The notes beneath the pieces are model-generated. The model worked only from the letters and a program-made list of their open reading frames with translations, was not told where the DNA came from and searched no databases. From an uncultured Actinomycetota bacterium (lineage in GTDB: Bacteria > Actinomycetota > UBA4738), in contig CAWAGG010000001.1 in the NCBI GenBank assembly GCA_963781595.1, positions 22,775-86,774 of the forward strand: a DNA stretch of 64,000 nt, given 5' to 3'. Shown here piece by piece: positions 1-10,590 of the stretch (its first letter is position 1; each line of letters opens with the position of its first letter). The position numbers and the translations under genes are program-made.

Positions 1-1
1 C

Positions 2-586
2 GGGACGGTCGGGGGGAACCTCGGCACCGCGTCGCCGGCGGGCGACACCCTGCCGGTGCTCGCGTGCTACCGAGCCGACGTGACCGCGGCGAGCGCCGCC
101 CGCGGCACGCGCCGCATCCCGATCCAGGACTTCCTGGTCGGGCCGAAGCGATCGGCGCTCGCGCCCGACGAGCTGATCCTCGGCGCCGAGTGGCGCGCCG
201 AACGCGGGACGGGTTCGTTCTCGAAGATCGGCACGCGCAACGCCATGGTGATCGCGGTTGCGAGCCTCTGCCTGCTGCTCGACGAGGACGAACGCACCGT
301 CCGCGTGGCGCTCGGCTCGGTCGGCCCTACCGTCCTGCGCGCGCCGGAGGCGGAGGACTTCGCGGCCGACGCGATCGCCGCGGCGGGCGGGTGGGACGAC
401 CCGGCCGCGACGCTCGACGAGGCGACGGTCGAGGCGTTCACGGAGCGCGTCGCGGCGGCCGCCCGGCCGATCGACGACGTGCGCGGGTCGGCCGCATACC
501 GGCGGCACGGATGCCGAGTGCTCGCCGCGCGCGCGCTCAGGTGGGCGCTCGACGACCGGCGGTGGGCGGTGGTGATGGCGGGATGA
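2..586 (+). CDS. Xanthine/CO dehydrogenase family FAD-binding (medium) subunit, 5' end outside window
   Basis: Frame from nt 2 reads GTVGGNLGTASPAGD (FAD-binding motif); C-terminal PIDDVRGSAAYR; followed by Fe-S and Mo subunits. Confidence 0.9.
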   Translation, partial: GTVGGNLGTASPAGDTLPVLACYRADVTAASAARGTRRIPIQDFLVGPKRSALAPDELILGAEWRAERGTGSFSKIGTRNAMVIAVASLCLLLDEDERTVRVALGSVGPTVLRAPEAEDFAADAIAAAGGWDDPAATLDEATVEAFTERVAAAARPIDDVRGSAAYRRHGCRVLAARALRWALDDRRWAVVMAG

Positions 587-644
587 CCCAGGGACAGCTC
601 TCGCGGATGGTCAAGCTGGCTGACGACCGGGCGGGTGCGTTCGG

Positions 645-1118
645 ATGCTGATCCGCGCCCGCGTCAACGGCGAGTGGCGCGAAGCCGACGTCTGGGAGGG
701 TTCGAGCCTGCTCGCCTACCTGCGGGACGGCCTCGGGCTCCGCGGCTCGAAGAACGCATGCGAGCAGGGCGAGTGTGGTTCCTGCTCGGCCTGGCTCGAT
801 GGCGAGGTCGTGTGTTCGTGCCTGGTCCTCGCGGCGCAGGCCGAGGGCCGCGAGGTTCGAACGATCGAGGCGCTCGCGCCCGAGGGCGCCCTGCACCCGG
901 TCCAGCAGGCGTTCGTCGACGCGGGTGCCGTGCAATGCGGCTTCTGCACGCCGGGGCTCGTGGTCGCCGTCACCGACCTGCTCGACCGCACCCCGAACCC
1001 CAGCGAGGAGCGCGTCCGCGAGGCGCTGTCGGGGAACCTGTGCCGCTGCACCGGCTACCAGAAGATCTTCGACGCCGTCGCGCTGGCGGCGGCGAACCGG
1101 ACCGGCGACGCCACGTGA
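645..1118 (+). CDS. Xanthine dehydrogenase family (2Fe-2S) small subunit
   Basis: GSKNACEQGECGSC, QCGFCTPG, GNLCRCTGY motifs. Confidence 0.95.
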   Translation: MLIRARVNGEWREADVWEGSSLLAYLRDGLGLRGSKNACEQGECGSCSAWLDGEVVCSCLVLAAQAEGREVRTIEALAPEGALHPVQQAFVDAGAVQCGFCTPGLVVAVTDLLDRTPNPSEERVREALSGNLCRCTGYQKIFDAVALAAANRTGDAT

Positions 1119-2509
1119 CTCCGGCCATCCTGATCGAGGGGTGCGAGGTCGTCGCCACGATCGACGACGACGGCACCGAGATCGCGGGCGGTTCGATCCT
1201 GATCGAGGACGGCGTGATCGCCTGGGTCGGGTCCGGCGCACCCCCCGGCGCGCCGCCCGAGGGGATCGAGCGCGTCGACGGGCGCGGGACGGTGGCGGTC
1301 CCGGGGTTCGTGAACACCCACCACCACCTGTATCAGACGATGACTCGGGTCCGGGCGCGCGGGTCCGGGCTGTTCGGCTGGCTCACGGAGCTGTACCCGG
1401 TCTGGGCCGGCCTCGACGTCGAGTGGTCCCGCGCGGCGACGATGGTCGGGCTGGCCGAGCTGGCGCTCTCCGGGTGCTCGACGTCCACGGACCATCCCTA
1501 CCTGTACCCGTCGGGCTCCGGCGACCTGCTGGGAGCCCAGGTCGACGCGGCAGGCGAGATCGGGGTGCGGTTCCATCCGTGCCGCGGATCGATGGACCTC
1601 GGCGCGTCCGACGGCGGCCTCCCGCCGGACGAGGTGGTCGAACGCGCCGACGACGTCCTGGCCGCGACCGAGGACGCGGTTCGGCGTCACCACGATCCGG
1701 CGCCCGGTTCGATGCTGAGGATCGGCGTCGGGCCGTGCTCGCCGTTCTCCGTGACGCCCGAACTGATGCGCGGCTCCGCCGCGCTGGCGCGCACCCTCGG
1801 GGTCCGGCTGCACACGCATATCGCCGAGACGCTCGACGAGGAGCGGTTCTGCATCGAACGCTTCGGCGTCCGCCCATTGGACCTGCTGGACGACCTCGGG
1901 TTCCTCGGCGACGACGTCTGGCTCGCGCACTGCGTGCACCTGTCCGACGACGACGTCACGACGCTCGCGCGGACCGGGACCGGGGTCGCGCACTGCCCGA
2001 CGTCGAACCTCCGGCTCGGCTCCGGCATCGCCCGGGTCCGCGACCTGCTGGACGCCGGCGCGGCCGTCGGGCTCGGCGTCGACGGTTCGGCGTCGAACGA
2101 CTCCGGCGACCTGCTCGCCGAGGCGCGCCAGGCGATGCTGGTGGCGCGGGCGGGCGGCGATCCGTCAGCGCTCTCCGACCGCGACGCGCTCCGGCTGGCG
2201 ACCCGCGGCGGCGCGGCTTGCCTGGGCCGCGACGACCTTGGTTCGATCGAACGGGGGAAGCGCGGCGACGTCGCGCTGTTCGACGTGCAGGGCCTGGGGT
2301 TCGCCGGCGCCGAGGTCGACCCGGTCGCGGCGCTGCTGCATTGCCGGCCCGAGCGCGTCCGCGATCTGTTCGTCGAAGGGGAACGCGTCGTGGCCGGGGG
2401 CCGCTTGGCGAAGGCCGACGAGGACGGGATCGCAGTGGAGGGCCACCGCGTCGCGGAGCGGATCGCGGCACGTTCGCCGGCCGTCACGGGGTCGGGCGGG
2501 CCGTCATGA
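1115..2509 (+). CDS. 8-oxoguanine deaminase / SsnA-like purine amidohydrolase
   Basis: PGFVNTHHHLYQ, HTHIAET, AHCVH, HCPTSN, GLGVDGSASND; GTG start overlaps upstream TGA (GTGA). Confidence 0.85.
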   Translation: MTPAILIEGCEVVATIDDDGTEIAGGSILIEDGVIAWVGSGAPPGAPPEGIERVDGRGTVAVPGFVNTHHHLYQTMTRVRARGSGLFGWLTELYPVWAGLDVEWSRAATMVGLAELALSGCSTSTDHPYLYPSGSGDLLGAQVDAAGEIGVRFHPCRGSMDLGASDGGLPPDEVVERADDVLAATEDAVRRHHDPAPGSMLRIGVGPCSPFSVTPELMRGSAALARTLGVRLHTHIAETLDEERFCIERFGVRPLDLLDDLGFLGDDVWLAHCVHLSDDDVTTLARTGTGVAHCPTSNLRLGSGIARVRDLLDAGAAVGLGVDGSASNDSGDLLAEARQAMLVARAGGDPSALSDRDALRLATRGGAACLGRDDLGSIERGKRGDVALFDVQGLGFAGAEVDPVAALLHCRPERVRDLFVEGERVVAGGRLAKADEDGIAVEGHRVAERIAARSPAVTGSGGPS

Positions 2510-4941
2510 GCACGGCCGAGGCCGGCACGTTGGTCGAACCCCCGCGGACGGTCGTGGGCGCCGGCGTCGGAGTCTCCGTCCAGCGGGTCGACGCGCCGCC
2601 CAAGGTCCAGGGCGCCTTCGAGTACGCCAGCGACCTGCACGCCGACGGGATGCTGTTCGGCGCGACGGTGCGCTCGCCGAGGCCCAACGCGCGGATCGCC
2701 GCGATCGACCCTTCCGCTGCCCTCGCGTCGCCCGGCGTTCGGGCCGTCCTCACGGTCGAGGACGTGCCAGGCGTGCGGACGTTCGGCCTGGAGTTCGCCG
2801 ACCAACCGGCGCTCGCCGACGGCGTCGTCCGCCACGTCGGCGAGCCCGTCGCGATCCTCGCCGCCGAGACGCAGGAGCAGGCCCGGCGCGCCGCCGAGCT
2901 CGTGGCCGTCACGTACGAGGACCTCCCGGCGGTCACGGACATGGAACGAGCGCTCGATGAGGACGCGCCGAAGGTCCATCCGTTCGGCAACGTGCTGCGG
3001 CACGTGCACATCGAGCACGGCGACCCGGACGCGGCCGGTGACGTCGCCGTCGACGGGTACTACGAGACCGCGATGCAGGACAACGCGCCGCTCGGCCCGG
3101 AGGGAGCGCTGGCGATCCCCGCCCCCGACGGCGGCGTGGACCTGTTCGTCAACACGCAGTGGCTCCACGTCGACCGCCAGCAGATCGCGCCGTGCCTCGG
3201 GCTCCCGGAGTCGAAGGTCCGGATCACGCTCGCCGGGATGGGCGGCGCGTTCGGGGCGCGCGAGGACATCCACCTCCAGCTGCACGCGTGCATGATCGCG
3301 CTGCGGACCGGGCGGCCGGTGAAGATGGAGTTCGGACGGCGCGAGTCGTTCTTCGCGCACAAGAAGCGGCACCCGGCGCGCATGTGGATGCGACACACGG
3401 CCACGCGCGACGGCCGGCTCGTGAGCGTCACCGCGCGGATGCTGATCGACGGCGGCGCGTACGCGTCGTCGTCCCCGGCGGTGATCGCGAACGCGACCAC
3501 CTTCCTCACAGGCCCGTACCAGGTGCCGAACGCACGCCTGGACGGGACCGCGGTCTACACGAACAACCCGCCGTGCGGGGCGATGCGCGGGTTCGGCGCG
3601 CCGCAGACGACGTTCGCGGGCGAAGCCCAGATGGACCGGCTCGCCGCCGCGCTCGGGATCGACCCGGTCGAGCTGCGCCTGCGCAACGCGCTCGAGACCG
3701 GTTCCGTGCTCCCGACGGGTCAGGTGATCCGTGGGTCCGCGCCCGCGCGCGAGGTGATCGAACGCTGCGCCGCGATCCCACTCCCGTCTCCCGCCGATCC
3801 GTCCGCCGACCCCGTGACGCTGCCGGGCGGCGCCGGCAACGTCGGCCGCGGCGAGGGCGTGCGCCGCGGGGTCGGATTCGCCGTCGGCTACAAGAACCTC
3901 GCGTACAGCGAGGGGTTCGACGATGCGTCGGAGGTCCGTGTGACGCTCCGCGCGGGATCCGACGGGCCGGTCGCCTCGATCCACACCGCGGCTGCCGAGT
4001 GCGGCCAGGGGCTCGAGACCGTCCTGATCCAGATCGCCCGGACCGAGCTGGGCGTCGAGGACGTCACGGTCGAGACCGTCGACACGGAGCTCGGGTCCTC
4101 AGGCTCCTCCTCCGCGTCACGCCAGACGATGATGACGGGCGGCGCGACGCAGCTCGCGTCACGGAGCGTTCGTGATGCGCTGCTCGAACGCGTCCGCAGC
4201 CGCGGCGACGCAGCGGCGGCCGGCGAGCTCTCGGTCGCCGGCGGGTGGGTGCTCTCGGACGGGGTCCCGGTGGACCGCATCGACGCGTTCGTCCGGGAGC
4301 CGATCGCGCGGACCGAGACCTACCACCACCGGAGGACGACGGGCTTCGACGAACTGGGCCAGGGCGACATCCACGTGGCGTTCGCCTTCGCCGCGGAGCG
4401 CGCGGTCGTCGACGTCGACACCGAGCTGGGGCTCGTGAAGGTCGTGCAGATCGCCGCAGCCCAGGACGTCGGGCGCGCGCTGAACCCGGCCCAGGTGCAC
4501 GGCCAGATCGAAGGCGGGACGGCGATGGGCATGGGGCTCGCGCTCACCGAGGAGGTCCTGCTCGACGAGGGGCGGATCACGAACGCGTCGTTCACCGACT
4601 ACCTGATCCCCACGGCGCTCGACGCGACGCCCGTCGTGTCCGAGCTGGTCGAGGACCCCGAGCCGGGCGTCCCGTTCGGCGCGAAGGGCGTCGGCGAACC
4701 GGCCACGATCGTGGCCACGGCCGCGATCGTCGCGGCGCTCCGGGACGCGACCGGGTTGGACCTGAACCGGGCGCCGGTTCGTCCCGACGACCTCGTTGGC
4801 ATCCGACCACCGGCGCGCTCGGACGGGCCGGCCCCCATGCCGCCGCCCCCCTGGCAGAGGTCGGTCCCCGAGCTGCACGGGCTCGGCCTCGGACAACAGG
4901 AGCTGATGAAGGACCGCGAGACGGGAACGGAGGACACGTGA
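2506..4941 (+). CDS. Xanthine dehydrogenase molybdopterin-binding subunit (PucD-like)
   Basis: GGAFGARED, GAMRGFGAPQ, GQIEGG, GAKGVGE motifs; ATGA overlap with the deaminase. Confidence 0.93.
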   Translation: MSTAEAGTLVEPPRTVVGAGVGVSVQRVDAPPKVQGAFEYASDLHADGMLFGATVRSPRPNARIAAIDPSAALASPGVRAVLTVEDVPGVRTFGLEFADQPALADGVVRHVGEPVAILAAETQEQARRAAELVAVTYEDLPAVTDMERALDEDAPKVHPFGNVLRHVHIEHGDPDAAGDVAVDGYYETAMQDNAPLGPEGALAIPAPDGGVDLFVNTQWLHVDRQQIAPCLGLPESKVRITLAGMGGAFGAREDIHLQLHACMIALRTGRPVKMEFGRRESFFAHKKRHPARMWMRHTATRDGRLVSVTARMLIDGGAYASSSPAVIANATTFLTGPYQVPNARLDGTAVYTNNPPCGAMRGFGAPQTTFAGEAQMDRLAAALGIDPVELRLRNALETGSVLPTGQVIRGSAPAREVIERCAAIPLPSPADPSADPVTLPGGAGNVGRGEGVRRGVGFAVGYKNLAYSEGFDDASEVRVTLRAGSDGPVASIHTAAAECGQGLETVLIQIARTELGVEDVTVETVDTELGSSGSSSASRQTMMTGGATQLASRSVRDALLERVRSRGDAAAAGELSVAGGWVLSDGVPVDRIDAFVREPIARTETYHHRRTTGFDELGQGDIHVAFAFAAERAVVDVDTELGLVKVVQIAAAQDVGRALNPAQVHGQIEGGTAMGMGLALTEEVLLDEGRITNASFTDYLIPTALDATPVVSELVEDPEPGVPFGAKGVGEPATIVATAAIVAALRDATGLDLNRAPVRPDDLVGIRPPARSDGPAPMPPPPWQRSVPELHGLGLGQQELMKDRETGTEDT

Positions 4942-5930
4942 TGGACAGGGCTGCCCTGACCGGGCGCGACTACATCGAGACGATCGACTGGACCACCGAC
5001 GAGCTGGACGAGGTGATCGAAGTCTCCCGCGAACTGAAGGCGAGGTTCAAGGCGGGCGAGCCGCACCGGCTGCTCCCCGATAAGACGATCTACCTGCTGT
5101 TCCTGGACAAGTCGACCCGCACGCGGAACGCGTTCGAGACCGGGATCACCCAGCTCGGCGGCCACGGCATCTTCCTGGACGCGGACAAGACCCAGATCGC
5201 CCACGGCGAGAGCCCGAAGGACATGGGGATCATCCTGTCGCGGTACGGGCACGGGCTGGCGATCCGCCACGACCTGGTGCCGTACGAGGGGAACGCGTGG
5301 ATGCGCGAGGTCGCGCGCTGGGCCGACATCCCCGTGATCAACATGCAGTGCGACATCGACCACCCGACGCAGACGATCGCGGACCTGATGACGCTGCGCG
5401 AACACCGCGGCGAGGACCTCCGCGGCCTGAAGGTCGCGGTCTCATGGGCGTTCGCGCCGTCGTACGCGCGGCCGCTCTCGGTCCCGCAGGGCTTGGTGAC
5501 CCTGCTGCCGCGGTACGGCATCGACGTGACGCTCGCGCACCCGCCGGGGTGGGAGCTGATGCCGGAATCCCTGGAGAAGGCGGCCAAGGCGAGCGAGGAG
5601 GGTGGCGGGTCGCTGTCGTTCACGAACTCGATGGAGGACGCGTTCTCCGGCGCCGACGTCGTGTACCCGAAGTCCTGGGGCCGCCTCGACGCGTTCAGCG
5701 ACGAGGCCGCCGCGGGCGCGATCGAGTACGTGGACTGGATCTGCGACGCGCCGAAGATGGAGCTGACGAAGCCGGATTCGCTGTACATGCACTGCCTGCC
5801 CGCCGACCGTGGCAAGGAGGTCACCGACGAGGTGATCGACGGCCCGCACTCGGTGGTCTACGACGAGGCCGAGAACCGGATGCACACGGCGAAGGCGCTC
5901 ATGGCGCTGACCATGGGCGGGTACGCCTGA
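4941..5930 (+). CDS. Carbamoyltransferase, YgeW-like (OTCase superfamily)
   Basis: STRT, HPTQ, HCLP motifs; SWAFAPSYARPLSVPQG loop resembles YgeW rather than ArgF; TGATG overlap. Confidence 0.8.
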   Translation: MDRAALTGRDYIETIDWTTDELDEVIEVSRELKARFKAGEPHRLLPDKTIYLLFLDKSTRTRNAFETGITQLGGHGIFLDADKTQIAHGESPKDMGIILSRYGHGLAIRHDLVPYEGNAWMREVARWADIPVINMQCDIDHPTQTIADLMTLREHRGEDLRGLKVAVSWAFAPSYARPLSVPQGLVTLLPRYGIDVTLAHPPGWELMPESLEKAAKASEEGGGSLSFTNSMEDAFSGADVVYPKSWGRLDAFSDEAAAGAIEYVDWICDAPKMELTKPDSLYMHCLPADRGKEVTDEVIDGPHSVVYDEAENRMHTAKALMALTMGGYA

Positions 5931-5940
5931 GTCGCGCGGC

Positions 5941-7341
5941 GTGGTCGAGCGGACGCTGATCCGCGGCGGGACGCTGATCGACGGCGACGGTGTCCGCCGC
6001 GGCGACGTGCTCATCGAGGGCGAACGGATCGCGGCCACCGGCGACGGCCTGACCGCGAGCGACGCAGAGGTCGTCGACGCGTCCGGCGCGTACGTGATTC
6101 CCGGCGCGGTCGACGTGCATACGCACTTCGACCTGCCGGTCGGGGCCGTTCGCTCCGCCGACGACTTCGGGAGCGGCACCCTGGCCGCCGCGTGCGGGGG
6201 AACGACGTGCGTGATCGACTTCGCGGGCGCCGGGCGGGAGTCGCCGGCGGAGGCCCTGGAGGTCTGGCACGCGAAGGCCGACGGCCGGGCCGTGGCCGAC
6301 TACGGGTTCCACCTCACGGTGACGTCGGTGCCCGATGACCCGACCGAGGCGCGGGCGCTGTTCGCGTGGTTCGTCTCCGAGGGTGTCACGAGCGTGAAGC
6401 TCTACATGGCGTATCCCGAGCGGCTCATGGTCGACGACGCCACCCTGGCGCGAGCGCTCGCAGCCGGCCGCGACACGGGCGTCCGCGTGTGCGTCCACGC
6501 GGAGGACGGCTCCCAGATCGAGCACCTGACCGCCGACGCGCTCAGCGAGGGACCGGGCGGCCCGTGGACGAATCCGCTGGTTCGACCGCCGAGCGCGGAG
6601 GCCGAAGCGATCGGGCGAGCGGCGCGACTCGCCGCCGACGCAGGCACCTCCGTCTACGTCGTGCACCTGTCGAGCGCCGACGGCCTCGACGCGATCCGAG
6701 CCGCACGGGCGGCGGGCGCGGATGTCCTGGCGGAGACGTGTCCCCACTACGTGTTCCTGACCGACGCGAAGCTTCACGGATCTTCGGAGGAGTCGGTCGA
6801 CTTCGTCTGCCAGCCGCCGATCCGGACCGACGCCGATCGAGACGCGCTCTGGGCGGCGCTCGCCGACGGAGCGATCCAGGTCGTCTCCACCGACCACTGC
6901 CCGTTCACGAAGGCGGACCGGCGACGCGGTGTCGGTGGCGCGGGATGGCAGCGGTTCACCGAGATACCCGGTGGGCTCCCCGGCGTGGAGACGCGGCTGT
7001 CCCTGATCCACACGGGCGTGGTCGAAGGCCGCCTGACCCTCGACCGATGGATCGACGCCTGCGCCGTCGCGCCCGCCCGCCTGTTCGGCCTGGGCGACCG
7101 GAAGGGATCGCTGGCGCCGGGATCCGATGCGGACGTCGTCGTCTTCGACCCGTCAGCGACGAGGCGGTTGGACGCGGCGAGCCTGCACTCCAGATCGGAC
7201 CACAGTCCCTACGAGGGGATGGAGGTCACGGGCTGGGCGGCGTGGACCTTCTCGCGCGGTCGCGCGGTCGCGAAGGACGGCGAACCGTTCGACGCCGAAC
7301 CCGGCTGGGGACGGTTCGTCAGCCGGCGCCCCGTGTCGTGA
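5941..7341 (+). CDS. Dihydropyrimidinase / D-hydantoinase (HyuA/HydA-like)
   Basis: DVHTH, KLYMAY, VHAED, ETCPHY, STDHCPF, GLPGVETR. Confidence 0.9.
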   Translation: MVERTLIRGGTLIDGDGVRRGDVLIEGERIAATGDGLTASDAEVVDASGAYVIPGAVDVHTHFDLPVGAVRSADDFGSGTLAAACGGTTCVIDFAGAGRESPAEALEVWHAKADGRAVADYGFHLTVTSVPDDPTEARALFAWFVSEGVTSVKLYMAYPERLMVDDATLARALAAGRDTGVRVCVHAEDGSQIEHLTADALSEGPGGPWTNPLVRPPSAEAEAIGRAARLAADAGTSVYVVHLSSADGLDAIRAARAAGADVLAETCPHYVFLTDAKLHGSSEESVDFVCQPPIRTDADRDALWAALADGAIQVVSTDHCPFTKADRRRGVGGAGWQRFTEIPGGLPGVETRLSLIHTGVVEGRLTLDRWIDACAVAPARLFGLGDRKGSLAPGSDADVVVFDPSATRRLDAASLHSRSDHSPYEGMEVTGWAAWTFSRGRAVAKDGEPFDAEPGWGRFVSRRPVS

Positions 7342-8230
7342 CCTCGGCCTCGCGCCGGAGCACCTCGTTGAACGACGCGATCGCGACCTCGATCTGATCC
7401 GTCGCCGGGGGCTTCGTCGTGATCTTCTGCAGCCAGAGCCCCGGGGCCATCAGCGCCCGCATCACCCAGGACCGCTCGTACTTCGCGCCGAGGCGCAGCA
7501 TCTCGTAGGACACGCCAGCGATGATCGGGATCGTCACGACGCGCACCGTGATCCCCCACAGCAGGCCGCGGGCGGGGAACAGCGCGTAGATCAGCACGGT
7601 CAGGATCATCACGATCAGCAGGAAGTTCGTCCCGCAACGGACGTGCAGCGTCGAGAACCGGTCGACGGACGCGGGCTCGAGCGGGGCGTCGTGCTCGTAG
7701 GCCGCGATCGTCTTGTGCTCCGCGCCGTGGTACTCGAAGACGCGCCTGACTTCCTTGAGCCGCCCGATCAGCGCGAGGTACCCGACGAACAGCGCGATCC
7801 GCCCGATCCCCTCCAGCAGGTTGAGCGCGACGCTGGACGTCACCTGATGCTTCAGGAACCGGAACCCGACGAACGGCCCGACGACGAAGATCGCGATGAA
7901 CACGACGAACGCGATCGACATCGTGAAGGCCATCTGCCCGGTCGAGAGGCGCTGGTCATCCTCCATCGATTCGTTCGTCGCGATCACCAGCGCGCGCGTG
8001 CCGATCGACAGTGCCTGTCCCAGCGCGATCACGCCACGCAGGCCGGGCTTGGCGAAGATCGGGTGCCGCTTCGCGACCGAATGTATCTCGTGCGACTCGA
8101 CGTGGACACCCTGGTCGGGACGACGGACCGCGATGGCCCAGACGTCGCGCCCGCGCATCATCACGCCCTCGGGGACCGCCTGCCCGCCGTAGTAGTGCTG
8201 CTTCAGCGGAGGCGTCGGATGGTCAGCCAA
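7319..8230 (-). CDS. DUF1385 (YqhQ-like) membrane protein
   Basis: GGQAVPEGVMMR, FEYHGAEHK, HVRCGTNF, GLWLQKITT; follows rpmE; TTG start inferred. Confidence 0.9.
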   Translation of the reverse strand: MADHPTPPLKQHYYGGQAVPEGVMMRGRDVWAIAVRRPDQGVHVESHEIHSVAKRHPIFAKPGLRGVIALGQALSIGTRALVIATNESMEDDQRLSTGQMAFTMSIAFVVFIAIFVVGPFVGFRFLKHQVTSSVALNLLEGIGRIALFVGYLALIGRLKEVRRVFEYHGAEHKTIAAYEHDAPLEPASVDRFSTLHVRCGTNFLLIVMILTVLIYALFPARGLLWGITVRVVTIPIIAGVSYEMLRLGAKYERSWVMRALMAPGLWLQKITTKPPATDQIEVAIASFNEVLRREAEVTTRGAG

Positions 8231-8241
8231 ACCGTCGAGCC

Positions 8242-8454
8242 CTACGCCTGCTCGGTGGTCTTCCCGTACCGGCGCTGGAAGCGCTCGACGCGGCCGCCCG
8301 TGTCCACCAGCTTCTGCCTGCCCGTGTAGAACGGGTGGCACGCCGAACACAGCTCGAGCCGGATCTCAGAGACGGTCGAGCGCGTCTGGAACGTGTTGCC
8401 GCACGAACACGTGACGGTCGCCGTCGCATAGTCGGGGTGGATGCTCTGCTTCAT
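8242..8454 (-). CDS. rpmE: 50S ribosomal protein L31 (zinc-binding type)
   Basis: MKQSIHPDY...CSCG...[10 protein letters not shown]...DTGGRVERF. Confidence 0.97.
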   Translation of the reverse strand: MKQSIHPDYATATVTCSCGNTFQTRSTVSEIRLELCSACHPFYTGRQKLVDTGGRVERFQRRYGKTTEQA

Positions 8455-8504
8455 GTGATCTCTTCCCTTCGGGTCTTCGTTCGGATCCAACGATCGATGA
8501 CGGA

Positions 8505-8771
8505 TCAAGCGTACGAGAGGCCGTAGTCGTCCATCAGCCCCTCGACGAACCGGTGGAACGCGAGATGGTCGCTCCGGAATTCCCGTTCCTCGCCGTCCCT
8601 GGCCGCCGTCACGACGTCGAACGACGTTCCGGTCGCGTCGCGCTCTTCGCGGATCGCCGTCGGCGTCCAACCGCCATCGATCGCTTCCTGCAGCTCAGCC
8701 ATCACGGGATCGTCGCCCCATCCGGCCACTCGTCGCCCCTCCTCGTTCGCTTCCCCGTCTCTCGCGTCCAC
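8505..8771 (-). CDS. Small hypothetical protein between rho and rpmE
   Basis: Co-oriented ORF filling the gap, starting 10 nt after the rho stop; protein-like composition. Confidence 0.6.
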   Translation of the reverse strand: MDARDGEANEEGRRVAGWGDDPVMAELQEAIDGGWTPTAIREERDATGTSFDVVTAARDGEEREFRSDHLAFHRFVEGLMDDYGLSYA

Positions 8772-8781
8772 CGCCGCGGGA

Positions 8782-10590
8782 TCAGTCGCCCGCGGGCGCC
8801 TTCGAGATCTCCTTCAGGAACTGCTCGTTCGACTTCGTCTGGCGGATCTTGTCGACCAGCAGCTCGAGCGCGGCGCCAGAGTCGAGCGCGTGCAGGACGC
8901 GGCGCAGCCGCCAGACCAGCACGAGCTCATCGTTCGACATCAGGCGCTCCTCCTTGCGGGTGCCGGAGGCCTCGATGTTGATCGCCGGGAAGATCCGCTT
9001 CTCGGACAGCTGCCGGTCGAGCCGGATCTCCCAGTTCCCGGTGCCCTTGAACTCCTCGAAGATCACCTCGTCCATGCGTGAGCCGGTCTCGACCAGCGCG
9101 CTCGCGATGATCGTGAGCGAGCCGCCCTCCTCGAGGTTCCGCGCTGCGCCGAAGAATCGCTTCGGCGGGTAGAGCGCGGTCGAGTCGACACCGCCTGACA
9201 GGATCCGCCCGGATGCCGGCGCGGACAGGTTGTACGCGCGGGCGAGTCGGGTGACCGAGTCCAGCAGGATCACGACGTCGCGGCCCTGTTCGACCAGGCG
9301 CTTCGCCCGGTCCAGGACCAGCTCGGTGACCTGCGTGTGCTGGTCGGCCGGCTTGTCGAACGTCGAGTACACGACCTCGCTCGCCGGGACCGTCCGCTGC
9401 CAGTCCGTGACCTCCTCCGGCCGCTCGTCGACCAGGAGGATGATCACATGGGTGGACGGATCGGCCTCGAGGATCCCGCCGGCGATCTGCTTCAGCACGG
9501 TCGTCTTGCCCGCCTTCGGCGGCGAGACGACCATCCCGCGCTGGCCCTTCCCGACGGGCGCCACGAGGTCGATGATCCGCTCCGCGATCCCTGTCGGCGA
9601 GTGCTCGAGCCGGAACCGCTCCTCGGGGAACAGCGGCGTCAGCTTGTCGAACTCCGGCCGCAGCCGCGCCGTGTCTGCGTCGACGCCGTTCACGGCGTCG
9701 ATCCGGAGCAGCGCGTAGTACTTCTCGCTGTCGCGCGGCTGGCGTATCGGTCCTTCGACCTGGTCGCCCCTGCGCAGGGCGAACCGCCGGATCTGGCTGA
9801 GCGAGACGTACACGTCGTCCGGACCGGGCAGGTAGCCGTTCGTCCGGAGGAACCCGTAGCCCTCGGGCAGCGTGTCCAGGATGCCGGTGCGGACCGGCGC
9901 GGTCGCGATCTCTTCCTCACGGGCCTCCTGCTCGCGGACGCGGCGCTCCTCGCGCATCCGGCGCCGCTCCTCGCGGGTGGGACGACGGTCCCGGGAGCGA
10001 TCGCCCGGCTGGCCGCCGCCCTGGCCCTGCGGCCCGCGGTCGCCACGGTCACCCCGATCGCTCCGGTCGCCGGCCCGCTGGTCGGTCCGCTGGTCACCGC
10101 GGCCGCGGTCGGCCCGCTGTCCGTCATCCTGTTCGGCGCGACGACCACCCTCGGCCTGGTCGCCCTCCTCGGGGCGCCCGGCGTCGGCGCGGCCGTCATC
10201 GGGAGCCGCATCGGTCGTGGCGACCTCGGCCTCCGCGGCCGGACCCGCGTCCGTTCCCGCGCTGGTCTCCTGCGGTTCCGCATCCGTACCCGCAGCCGCT
10301 TCGGTCGTGTCCACGCGGCCGTTGCCGGAGGTCTCGGTCGCCACCCCCGCGGCCGGTTGGGTCCACGTGCCCGCGTCGGCAGCCTCGCCGGCGTCGGTCG
10401 CGACCGTCCCTCCGGCCCCGTGATCCGCGGCGTCGTCGCCCGATGACTTCGCGACGATGGCCGCGATCAGGTCGCCCTTCCGCAGCCGCTGGGAGCCCGA
10501 GACCCCCATGGACTGCGCGAGCCTCTGGAGCTCGGGCAACAGCTTGCCCTCCAGCTCCGAGCGGTCGATGGTCGGGGATTCCAAGGTCAT
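8782..10590 (-). CDS. rho: Transcription termination factor Rho with long acidic/Arg-rich N-terminal insertion
   Basis: [42 protein letters not shown]. Confidence 0.98.
   Translation of the reverse strand: MTLESPTIDRSELEGKLLPELQRLAQSMGVSGSQRLRKGDLIAAIVAKSSGDDAADHGAGGTVATDAGEAADAGTWTQPAAGVATETSGNGRVDTTEAAAGTDAEPQETSAGTDAGPAAEAEVATTDAAPDDGRADAGRPEEGDQAEGGRRAEQDDGQRADRGRGDQRTDQRAGDRSDRGDRGDRGPQGQGGGQPGDRSRDRRPTREERRRMREERRVREQEAREEEIATAPVRTGILDTLPEGYGFLRTNGYLPGPDDVYVSLSQIRRFALRRGDQVEGPIRQPRDSEKYYALLRIDAVNGVDADTARLRPEFDKLTPLFPEERFRLEHSPTGIAERIIDLVAPVGKGQRGMVVSPPKAGKTTVLKQIAGGILEADPSTHVIILLVDERPEEVTDWQRTVPASEVVYSTFDKPADQHTQVTELVLDRAKRLVEQGRDVVILLDSVTRLARAYNLSAPASGRILSGGVDSTALYPPKRFFGAARNLEEGGSLTIIASALVETGSRMDEVIFEEFKGTGNWEIRLDRQLSEKRIFPAINIEASGTRKEERLMSNDELVLVWRLRRVLHALDSGAALELLVDKIRQTKSNEQFLKEISKAPAGD

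Noticed and set aside
635-2505. Long N-terminal extensions of ORFs 635..2509 and 775..4941
   Set aside because: Arg/Gly-rich off-frame read-through typical of high GC; true starts at 1115 and 2506 are supported by stop/start overlaps.
9900-10450. Quasi-repeats (GDRGDR, DQR) in rho
   Set aside because: Known low-complexity N-terminal insertion of actinobacterial Rho; not a CRISPR array or separate element.
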